A stretch of 50,106 nucleotides of DNA from a virus (taxonomy: Duplodnaviria > Caudoviricetes): positions 1 through 50,106 of the IMG/VR virus record IMGVR_UViG_3300031354_000003. The stretch is one strand, 5' to 3'. Below are positions 43,502-50,106 of this stretch, piece by piece. Each line of letters opens with the position of its first letter. Positions within the stretch are counted from its first letter, which is position 1. The position numbers and the translations under genes are program-made. Below the pieces are notes generated by a model. The model was given only the letters and a program-made list of their open reading frames with translations. It was not told where the DNA came from and did no database searches.

Positions 43502-44710
43502 CTATTCTACCGGCTCAACCAAAGCCGGAACTTCAAAGTCATCGTCCGAACTCCGGACTCTGACGGTTTTCTTCTTGTGCGTTATCAAATGCTCGACGGA
43601 CACCGATTTCCGTTTTGCGAGCTTCCGGGCGTCGGTGACCGTGATTGGCTTCGGATTCTGACGAACATAGTCATCCGGCTCCCCGCCGAGCGCGTCAGAG
43701 AGACCCTGCGGCACTTCCTCAGCATGCTCCCACGTCGAGTTTCCGTCGACGGTTTCCAGCCGCCATCCCGGCACCCGGACTCCTCTCGTCAGCATCGCAT
43801 CGACATCCTCTTCAACCTTTTTGATTGTACCGCGGATGTTGTCTGCGAAGTCGAGCACCCAAAGTGGATATTCGGATACCGGGAGAGATGGGTCCGTGTC
43901 CGACACCGAGGCCATAATCGTATGGTGCAACAGCTCCGGGCACAAACCCTTCCGGCGACCCGGGCACCAAAAGCAGTGTTTGCCGGGATTGTACTCTTTC
44001 ACCCTAATCTCGCTGCCCCACGCAGTGATACCGCACGAAGCGTTATCTATAGCAGTGACTGCCCGCTCTTCAAAGCCATCAAGGTACCCGAAATCCGGCT
44101 CCCAGAACGTCAAGCCAGCCCCATTCCCTCGCGGCTGGTATATCCCGAAGGTAATGCATTTTAACTTTGGGTACGCCTGCCGGACGCCAAGAGCGTAGCA
44201 GCTGAGTTGGGTGTTCTCATGCACTTCAACCGGCTGCCCTTCCCCCCATTTCAGGTCGATGATGTAAGCAGCGTCCTCATTAAGCAGCAGAACGTCAATC
44301 GTTCCGCCTTCAGTCTTGTATCCGCCATACGAGATTTCAACCTTCTGCTCTGTCTTCAGCTCGTAGCCCCCAAAGGCTTTCGTAAACCAAACATCGTCCG
44401 CGACCATGTTCAAAAGCTTCTTCTCTTCCTCCGGGATGGCCGGAAACTGTGACGCAACGAGCGTTTTCATCTTGCCTGAGACCTCCTCGGCGTCCTTTGA
44501 GGGTGCCATCAAAAGCGTCTCGAGATATGCGTGTGCCGTCGTGCCATCAATCGTGTACTGCGGGGTCGGCCCCACGAGCTTCTGCGAGTAGCGGAGCCTG
44601 GTCTCCGGCGGCCGACGCTCGTCCGTCAGCGTTTGCAGCCAGGCGGCCATCGGGCATTTGAGCCACTGTGACGACCCGGACGGCGAGAAATGGAGTTGGA
44701 ACGCCATCAT
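43502..44710 (-). CDS. Cas4-like PD-(D/E)xK exonuclease (DUF2800)
   Basis: SPSGSSQWLKCP, GTTAH, GTID, IDLKWG, QLSCYALG and HCFWCP...CP. Confidence 0.9.
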   Translation of the reverse strand: MMAFQLHFSPSGSSQWLKCPMAAWLQTLTDERRPPETRLRYSQKLVGPTPQYTIDGTTAHAYLETLLMAPSKDAEEVSGKMKTLVASQFPAIPEEEKKLLNMVADDVWFTKAFGGYELKTEQKVEISYGGYKTEGGTIDVLLLNEDAAYIIDLKWGEGQPVEVHENTQLSCYALGVRQAYPKLKCITFGIYQPRGNGAGLTFWEPDFGYLDGFEERAVTAIDNASCGITAWGSEIRVKEYNPGKHCFWCPGRRKGLCPELLHHTIMASVSDTDPSLPVSEYPLWVLDFADNIRGTIKKVEEDVDAMLTRGVRVPGWRLETVDGNSTWEHAEEVPQGLSDALGGEPDDYVRQNPKPITVTDARKLAKRKSVSVEHLITHKKKTVRVRSSDDDFEVPALVEPVE

Positions 44711-45660
44711 TCACCCACCAATAGGATTTCGACTTCCTCGAGCAAAGCCGTCAGGTCTTCATCTTTCACGTCGCGCGAGTTCCGTAACCCGTGCTTCTTC
44801 GCGAACGAAGCGAGTTGTTCCGGCGACCTGTTCTTGAGCGCCAGTATCGCCCGCTCGAACTGCTGCCTGACTTTCGCCGGGTCGGCGGGCACCGGCTTGA
44901 CTGTCTCCGGCTCCGGGATGAAAGCGCCAAAAGGTTGCTCTTCTTTGACTTCCTCCTCTAGTGGGAGCTGTCGCTGCGTGAACGGGTCTTCCGACGGTGC
45001 CGGCTCCTCGGCGACCGGCTCCTCGGCGACCGGCTCCTCGGCGACCGGCTCCTCGGCTGCAGGCTCCTCGGCTGCAGGCTCCTCGGCTGCAGGCTCCTCG
45101 GCGACCGGGTATTTTGGGCCTCCGACGGCGCGGAAAGCAGCGCATTTTGTGCTGTCCGCGGACAAGGCCCGCATATGAGCCTCACAGTACCATCCGTCAT
45201 CGTTGACGGCCGCCGACAGGCACTGAGCGCACTCCCCGGGCTTTTCGTCAAGGCCTGCCCTCGACGGCCGTGGCTTCCCGCGCGGCTTCCGGCACGCCTT
45301 TATCCCGGCCTCCTCGGGTGCCGGCTGCTCGGGTGCCGGCTGCTCGGGTGCCGGTTGCTCGGGTGCCGGTCGCTCGGGTGCCGGTCGCTCGGGTGCCGGT
45401 CGCTCGGGTGCCGGTTGCTCGGGTGCCGGTTGCTCGGGTGCCGGTTGCTCGGGTGCCGGTTGCTCGGGTGCCGGTTGCTCGGGTGCCGTTGAAGACGACG
45501 CTCTCCGCGGCCCGCGGCCCAGTCTCACACATGCAAGCCTATCGTCCTCGCCGTCTTGCGCTTTTGCGACCCGATAACTGGTCAAAGCAGCCCCAACGTT
45601 CGTGATCAATTCTTTGTCCGACTCCGTGTCGGCCGTTATCCAGATTTCAATTGTCGCCAC
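44707..45660 (-). CDS. Hypothetical replication-module protein with Pro/Glu repeat linkers
   Basis: GTG start with AGGAG RBS; upstream of DUF2800 as in APSE-like modules. Confidence 0.7.
   Translation of the reverse strand: MATIEIWITADTESDKELITNVGAALTSYRVAKAQDGEDDRLACVRLGRGPRRASSSTAPEQPAPEQPAPEQPAPEQPAPEQPAPERPAPERPAPERPAPEQPAPEQPAPEQPAPEEAGIKACRKPRGKPRPSRAGLDEKPGECAQCLSAAVNDDGWYCEAHMRALSADSTKCAAFRAVGGPKYPVAEEPAAEEPAAEEPAAEEPVAEEPVAEEPVAEEPAPSEDPFTQRQLPLEEEVKEEQPFGAFIPEPETVKPVPADPAKVRQQFERAILALKNRSPEQLASFAKKHGLRNSRDVKDEDLTALLEEVEILLVGE
44999..45107 (-). repeat. 15-bp coding repeat x7, P(V/A)AEE
   Basis: CTCCTCGGCGACCGG / CTCCTCGGCTGCAGG units. Confidence 0.9.
45313..45488 (-). repeat. 15-bp coding repeat x~11.5, APE(Q/R)P
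   Basis: CTCGGGTGCCGG(T/C)(T/C)G units. Confidence 0.9.
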
Positions 45661-45674
45661 TTTCTATCTCCTTC

Positions 45675-46094
45675 TCAGTTGTCAAACCAGAATACAAATC
45701 TGGTGTCTTTTACCCACCGGACATCGGGTTCGTCGAAGTAATTGCCCTCGCAGTAGCACCCCAAAACGTGGTGGTGCAGGTCTTTTTTATCCCAAGGGAT
45801 CGCTCCGTCGTAGCGTCCGTTGTCATACCACTCCCTGAGCTCCTCGATTTCGTTGGAATCGAGCCAGCTGTGTGAGTGGCCGTCAGTCCCCCAGTCCACG
45901 GAAGACTGCCCTACGATGTAAGAGATGTCTTCCGGCAGCCCTTTTGGCCACGATATCGGATTCGTTTCTGTATAATTCCGGACACCGGCCATCTTTGCAA
46001 ACAGCTCGTAGTCTCGGGCTACCGTAGGGTGGCCGTAAAGCTCCCAGCCGTTCTCAGTCAAAACTTCAATGTACAGATGAATATCGCAACCCAT
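45675..46094 (-). CDS. Conserved phage hypothetical protein (MGCDIH...RxYxLF...RFVFWFDN)
   Basis: Motif pattern I recognise from phage hypotheticals; AAGGAG RBS. Confidence 0.75.
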   Translation of the reverse strand: MGCDIHLYIEVLTENGWELYGHPTVARDYELFAKMAGVRNYTETNPISWPKGLPEDISYIVGQSSVDWGTDGHSHSWLDSNEIEELREWYDNGRYDGAIPWDKKDLHHHVLGCYCEGNYFDEPDVRWVKDTRFVFWFDN

Positions 46095-46134
46095 TAAGTC
46101 AGCTCCTTTCAGTTCTTCATCAGCCCTCCGACTG

Positions 46135-46163
46135 AATCTAAGCGCTTTGTACTAAACACGCAA
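46135..46163 (-). promoter_or_regulatory. Promoter of the leftward replication operon (TTGCGT-17-TAGATT)
   Basis: In the divergent gap; the leader contains GGAGCTGAC like the early leaders. Confidence 0.6.
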
Positions 46164-46210
46164 GCGAAAATCAACTCCGCAGCGAAAATAATCTTTGCCC
46201 GCGTTTGTTA

Positions 46211-46239
46211 TTGCGGCATCCGACGAAATGATTTATACA
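46211..46239 (+). promoter_or_regulatory. Candidate rightward promoter (TTGCGG-17-TATACA)
   Basis: Divergent partner upstream of the HTH/primase genes. Confidence 0.45.
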
Positions 46240-46280
46240 AATCAATGGCGCCGAATTGTCGGAGTCGGAAAGGTCAGATC

Positions 46281-46490
46281 ATGATGGAGACATCCTACTA
46301 TACAACAGACGAAGCCGCTATCGTCCTGGCAGTGTCAAAGTATACCTTATACCAATGGAGTCGTTTCGGCGGTGGGCCCGGCGGGCTGAAACCTATCAAG
46401 CCGCAGTGGGATCTGCTGTGGCCGAAAACCGAGGTCGACCGGCTGGCGGCCGATAGGAAGGATGTCGAGAGAGCGCGAACGGGGGCATAG
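46281..46490 (+). CDS. Excisionase/MerR-like HTH DNA-binding protein
   Basis: YTTDEAAIVLAVSKYTLYQW...GP...LW...EVD. Confidence 0.8.
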   Translation: MMETSYYTTDEAAIVLAVSKYTLYQWSRFGGGPGGLKPIKPQWDLLWPKTEVDRLAADRKDVERARTGA

Positions 46491-46491
46491 C

Positions 46492-48585
46492 ATGTCTGAC
46501 ATACTGACTCCTTCGAATCCGTTCGACCCGGCCGTCGACGCCTCACTGCCGAAAGCGGCCGATGGGGACGCTTACAACTACGCGTCGATGGGATACCGGG
46601 TTTTTCGGTGCGTCGGCAAAAAACCATCCCGCGGGCTCAGATGGAAAAGTTACGCATCCGCGGATACCGCGGTCGTGTCGCAAGAGTTTCAGGGCAAAAA
46701 GTCAAAAAGCAATATAGCAATCGTAGTCCCCAGGGATATGGTCGTCATTGACATCGATGACGAGGCCGTCTGGAAGACCGTAAAAGATGAGCTGAAGTTC
46801 AAAATAGGCAAAGACGTGCCATGTGCGCGGACGGGCGGCGGCGGCCGACATCTATGGTTTCGGCTGCCGTCGACAAAGACTCACGGAAACCAGCGGGGGA
46901 ACCTCCCACCTGGAATAGACGTCCGAGGCGGCGGCCTTGGGTACCTAATCGCCCCGCCGTCCATACACCCGGATACCGGCAAGTACTACGAGTGGCTGCC
47001 AGGTCGCGAGCTGCGGCCACGGGAGACCATCCCGAAGATTCCCGGCATCCTATTTAAGCTCATCACAGGCAAGCTAATCGTCCCGTCAATGCCCTCAGCA
47101 TCCCTTGTGCAGGCGAAAGAGAGCACGATAAAGGCTCTCAAGGGCGCGTCCGAGGGAGATCGCAACGAAGCCCTCAACCGGCAGCTGTTTGTCCTTGCAC
47201 GGAAGTGGGCGGGCGGCGGCCGAGACATCGAGGAGCTGCGGAACGAGTTCCAATCGGTCGGCGAGGAAATGGGCCTCGCCAAGGGAGAAGTCGCCGCAAC
47301 CATCGCATCGGCACTCAAATCGGGAGCCGATAGACCGATCTCCCAAATCTCGCTGGACTCTGAGGACAAGATACCAGCGACCCCGGAAAACATCGGAAGG
47401 ATGCTACACGGCGCGGAAATGCATGGTGTGCTGGGTTACAACGTCCGGAAAGCGACCACCGAAATCCTGGCAGCTCCGCCATGGTCAGTCGACCCAGAAG
47501 ATAAATATCCCCGCAGCTTTGAGGACACCGATGCCTGGGAGCTGGCAAAATGGCTGAATAGACTCGGGTGCGCCGGCGCCCGGCAAGCTATCTGCGGGGC
47601 GGCCGCGGCCGCGGAATCCAAGAGTAACAAAGTCGACCATGTCGTCAAATACCTCGAGAGCCTACCAGCATGGGACAACACCGCGCGAATCGACAATTGG
47701 CTGGTAGACTACTGCGGTGCCGAGCCAATCGAGCTCAACCGGCAGTACGCGGCCAAGACGCTCATCGGAGCCGTAGCCCGGGCGATGGACCCCGGGTGCA
47801 AGATGGACACCTGTCTCGTAATGTGCGGTAGGCAGGGGGCCAGGAAATCGTCCGTCGTCGCCGAGATCGCCGGCGGCGCGCACGGAGGGTACCACGACGC
47901 CGCGCTGGACTTCAAAGATGACGTCCGGCTCCGGAAGGCCATCCACAACGGCCAGTGGTTGCACGAAATCAAAGAGATTGACCAATTCTCAAAGGTCAGC
48001 CAGGGGTACTTCAAGGACATCCTCGACACCCGGATTGATTCGTTCATCCCGAAGTATGGCCGCTTCATCGTCGACCTACCGCGCCGCTCTATTTTCATCG
48101 CCACGACAAATGTAGCCTCCATCCTCCGGGACCCGACCGGTAGCCGTCGGTACTGGCCTGTCATGGTCAAAGACATCTACTATCTCGAGGTGCGCAGAAT
48201 CCGGGACCAACTGTGGGCCGAGGCGAAATATCGGTACGAGCGCGGAGAAGCTTGGTGGCTCGAGGAGAAAATGGACGAGGCCCGGGCCCAGAATGCATCC
48301 GAGTTTGAAATCGAGCTCGTGGGGATGGAATCCATACTCCGGTATGTCCGAGACCAGCGCCCGGAGTATCTCACGTTCGACGACGTTACAAATTTCATCC
48401 CTCGAAACGGGCTGCTCGGAACCCCGCAGCAGCACTTCGGCGCGATGATGAAGGAACTCGGCTGGGAGCGTGAGCGGGTTTACTCCTACGGCCGCCGGAT
48501 TTCGGCGTACAAGCCACCGAAAGAATTCTACGAAAAATTAGAGCCGGTCAGCGCAGAAGAGCGCGGGATTGCTTTAGAATACTGA
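46492..48585 (+). CDS. Bifunctional Prim-Pol primase + VirE/VapE SF3 helicase
   Basis: NIAI, VIDID, RTGGGGRHLWF, IDVRG...APPSIH; PGCKMD, GRQGARKS, EIKE, TTN and DPTGSRRYW. Confidence 0.93.
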   Translation: MSDILTPSNPFDPAVDASLPKAADGDAYNYASMGYRVFRCVGKKPSRGLRWKSYASADTAVVSQEFQGKKSKSNIAIVVPRDMVVIDIDDEAVWKTVKDELKFKIGKDVPCARTGGGGRHLWFRLPSTKTHGNQRGNLPPGIDVRGGGLGYLIAPPSIHPDTGKYYEWLPGRELRPRETIPKIPGILFKLITGKLIVPSMPSASLVQAKESTIKALKGASEGDRNEALNRQLFVLARKWAGGGRDIEELRNEFQSVGEEMGLAKGEVAATIASALKSGADRPISQISLDSEDKIPATPENIGRMLHGAEMHGVLGYNVRKATTEILAAPPWSVDPEDKYPRSFEDTDAWELAKWLNRLGCAGARQAICGAAAAAESKSNKVDHVVKYLESLPAWDNTARIDNWLVDYCGAEPIELNRQYAAKTLIGAVARAMDPGCKMDTCLVMCGRQGARKSSVVAEIAGGAHGGYHDAALDFKDDVRLRKAIHNGQWLHEIKEIDQFSKVSQGYFKDILDTRIDSFIPKYGRFIVDLPRRSIFIATTNVASILRDPTGSRRYWPVMVKDIYYLEVRRIRDQLWAEAKYRYERGEAWWLEEKMDEARAQNASEFEIELVGMESILRYVRDQRPEYLTFDDVTNFIPRNGLLGTPQQHFGAMMKELGWERERVYSYGRRISAYKPPKEFYEKLEPVSAEERGIALEY

Positions 48586-48650
48586 AAGAAATGGCCCCTG
48601 GGGATGCCGGTAATACATTCCCAGGGGCCAAAAACTGTGAAACACAAGTT
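48584..48650 (-). ncRNA. Candidate small RNA 2 (~65 nt)
   Basis: TTGACA(48685-48680)-17-TAGAAA promoter, then hairpin and U-rich tail; no ORF. Confidence 0.35.
48592..48630. terminator. GC-rich hairpin, probable bidirectional intrinsic terminator
   Basis: TGGCCCCTGGGGATG/CATTCCCAGGGGCCA; followed by TTTCTTT on the minus strand. Confidence 0.75.
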
Positions 48651-48687
48651 GTTTTCTTTCTATGCGATTTTCGGGTGGCTGTCAAGA

Positions 48688-48763
48688 TAAAGGGTGCCCC
48701 CTGAGACAGGAGTTAAGTATCTCAGGGGGCGTCAAAAAGGTCTGACGAAAAGGAAGGTCTGAC
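48688..48763 (-). ncRNA. Candidate small RNA 1 (~75 nt), antisense to the early-gene leader/RBS
   Basis: TTGACA-17-TATACT promoter at 48798-48770; contains CUUCCUUUUCGUCAG; ends in hairpin 48696-48730. Confidence 0.55.
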
Positions 48764-48769
48764 TGCTTG

Positions 48770-48798
48770 AGTATAGGATGCCGGGGTCCGGGTGTCAA
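48770..48798 (-). promoter_or_regulatory. Near-consensus sigma70 promoter (TTGACA-17-TATACT)
   Basis: The best match to consensus I found in the window; no RBS/ORF downstream before the hairpin. Confidence 0.8.
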
Positions 48799-49415
48799 GT
48801 TTTTGTCGCGGGCTGCCGATGCATCTCCGGGTCTTCAAGCATCTCCAAAATAGCAACCCGGAGGTCGGCCGCGGTTGCGCAGATTCTTTTTGACTGCAGG
48901 TATGCCAAATTGTATCCGTGCGGGTATATATCAAGTCGGGCCCGCCTCCCGGAATGCGGAGCGTCAAGCGCTAACTCATAGTAAACGCTGTAAGGACCCT
49001 CGTTTCGGTCGATATAGATACGGCTTCCAAGAGCCTCTTTAACCTCGTCAAGCAGCCGATTCAGCGGGGCCTCTCTGCTTTGTAGGTCGTCCGCCTTGAC
49101 GAAGCCACGTCTGTAGGCGTCAAGGAATTCATTCTCCTTCAATTTGTCCGTAGGCTCCGATGTGTCGAGGGTTTCACCTGCGTCAACAGGTGCGAACGCC
49201 TGGTAAGAGTATGCGGAGCTCCAACCCCCTAAATCGGAGTCCCATTTTATTACCAGTTTTGGCTTGCCGTCTACAGTCTCTAAAGTACGCCGCCGGTTTG
49301 CGTATTTGCTACCAAACTGCCAGAGTTGACTGTCACCAGATCTGTCTATAAAGATTCCGCCGAATGACTTCGGGTCGTCGGTCTCATTCAGCAGCTTCAG
49401 CGTCACTTTTTTCAC
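48795..49415 (-). CDS. Hypothetical protein, paralog of 49412..49636
   Basis: GTG start with AGGAGG RBS; VTLKLLNETDDPKSFGG...QLW.FG...ANR...WDSDL..WSS. Confidence 0.7.
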   Translation of the reverse strand: MKKVTLKLLNETDDPKSFGGIFIDRSGDSQLWQFGSKYANRRRTLETVDGKPKLVIKWDSDLGGWSSAYSYQAFAPVDAGETLDTSEPTDKLKENEFLDAYRRGFVKADDLQSREAPLNRLLDEVKEALGSRIYIDRNEGPYSVYYELALDAPHSGRRARLDIYPHGYNLAYLQSKRICATAADLRVAILEMLEDPEMHRQPATKT

Positions 49416-49636
49416 CGTCCGGCCTCCTTTCTGCCATCGCCAGAAGGGACGGGTGCCATGCTGCCCCATACAGAGCTCCACCTTTCCAAGTCAGAATCCC
49501 ACGCCGAATGCGACCTGTTCGCAAATCTCCCCCCGAACCTCCAAAGTTGGTTGTTACCTACCGTACCGATATGGACTCCGCCGAACGCTTTTGGGTCGTC
49601 GGTCTCGTTGAGAAGCTTCAGTGTCACATCTTTCAT
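49412..49636 (-). CDS. Hypothetical protein (short paralog, 74 aa)
   Basis: MKDVTLKLLNETDDPKAFGG...; GAGGAGG RBS. Confidence 0.65.
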   Translation of the reverse strand: MKDVTLKLLNETDDPKAFGGVHIGTVGNNQLWRFGGRFANRSHSAWDSDLERWSSVWGSMAPVPSGDGRKEAGR

Positions 49637-49902
49637 CGTCCGGCCTCCTCGTACCCCGGGCACCCTGGCAACAGCGCCCAGATCTCGTAATTCTTCAGGC
49701 TGCTGCGGCCGATAAGGTGGCACAGCCCCCCACGGCCACAACGCGCCCCCCAGTTTTGACCCCCCTGGTGCGGGATGCGGAGGAGTCGCATACCGGGGTG
49801 CGACTCCCGCAGTCTGACGACATTGCAAATCTGGTGCCACGTCGGTCGATAGAGACCAAACTTCCGGAGCTCGCCGGATGCTGTCATGTGTTCGTCGGTC
49901 AT
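49633..49902 (-). CDS. Hypothetical protein
   Basis: 89 aa, GAAAGGAA RBS. Confidence 0.55.
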   Translation of the reverse strand: MTDEHMTASGELRKFGLYRPTWHQICNVVRLRESHPGMRLLRIPHQGGQNWGARCGRGGLCHLIGRSSLKNYEIWALLPGCPGYEEAGR

Positions 49903-49905
49903 TTT

Positions 49906-50106
49906 TCAGTGATTCCTTTCGGCCCCCGTGAGGTCGGCCCCTGTGAGATTGGCCCCCGTGAGGTCGGCCCCCCTGAGATTGGTCCCCGTGAGGTCGGCCC
50001 CTGTGAGGTCGGCCCCCCTGAGATTGGCCCCTGTGAGGTCGGCCCCCGTGAGGTCGGCCCCTGTGAGATTGGCCCGCGTGAGGTCGGCCCCCGTGAGGTT
50101 GGCCCC
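49906..50106 (-). CDS. Pentapeptide repeat protein, C-terminal part
   Basis: [15 protein letters not shown] ... GAERNH*; in frame with 252..1. Confidence 0.9.
   Translation of the reverse strand, partial: GANLTGADLTRANLTGADLTGADLTGANLRGADLTGADLTGTNLRGADLTGANLTGADLTGAERNH

Noticed and set aside
43502-44710. Cas4 as evidence of a CRISPR-Cas system
   Set aside because: Standard DUF2800 exonuclease in an SSB-PolA module; no cas1/cas2 or array.
46281-46490. Excisionase implying an integrating prophage
   Set aside because: No tyrosine or serine integrase or att site recognised; this HTH family is also common as a regulator beside primases.
48722-48981. Short ORFs overlapping the sRNA locus (48722..48967 minus, 48778..48981 plus)
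   Set aside because: Both overlap the 48795..49415 gene out of frame or antisense and lack a properly spaced RBS.

Overview
The window looks like a complete or nearly complete, circularly permuted ~50 kb genome of a contractile-tailed (myovirus) dsDNA phage. Both ends fall in frame inside one pentapeptide-repeat gene. Layout: (1) a minus-strand early region of small genes (48.8 kb through the join to 6.9 kb) with a Dam/D12-class methyltransferase and a symmetric, iteron-like putative origin at 3823-4127; (2) a plus-strand packaging/structural arm (7.0-34.1 kb): PLD-like nuclease, TerS, TerL, a reverse HNH/HTH cassette, a fibre plus GT25 glycosyltransferase, portal, MuF, DUF2213 protease, capsid, neck, sheath, tube, tape measure, baseplate, amidase, tail fibre and holin; (3) a minus-strand APSE-like replication arm (34.1-46.1 kb): Cas4-like exonuclease, SSB, PolA, MazG-like, SLT, VRR-NUC, SNF2 and an orphan HicB; (4) a plus-strand HTH and Prim-Pol/VirE primase-helicase. 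I recognised no integrase, tRNA, CRISPR array or reverse transcriptase. The most interesting signal is non-coding. Nine dispersed sigma70-like promoters share a palindrome in the -35/-10 spacer, and several share a 5' leader. Two tandem promoter-plus-hairpin units at 48.58-48.80 kb look like small RNAs, and the first is complementary to that shared leader/RBS. Together these suggest an operator + antisense-sRNA regulon. A BspA-like fibre is also fused to the tail terminator. All family assignments come from motifs and gene order recognised by eye; no database searches were run.
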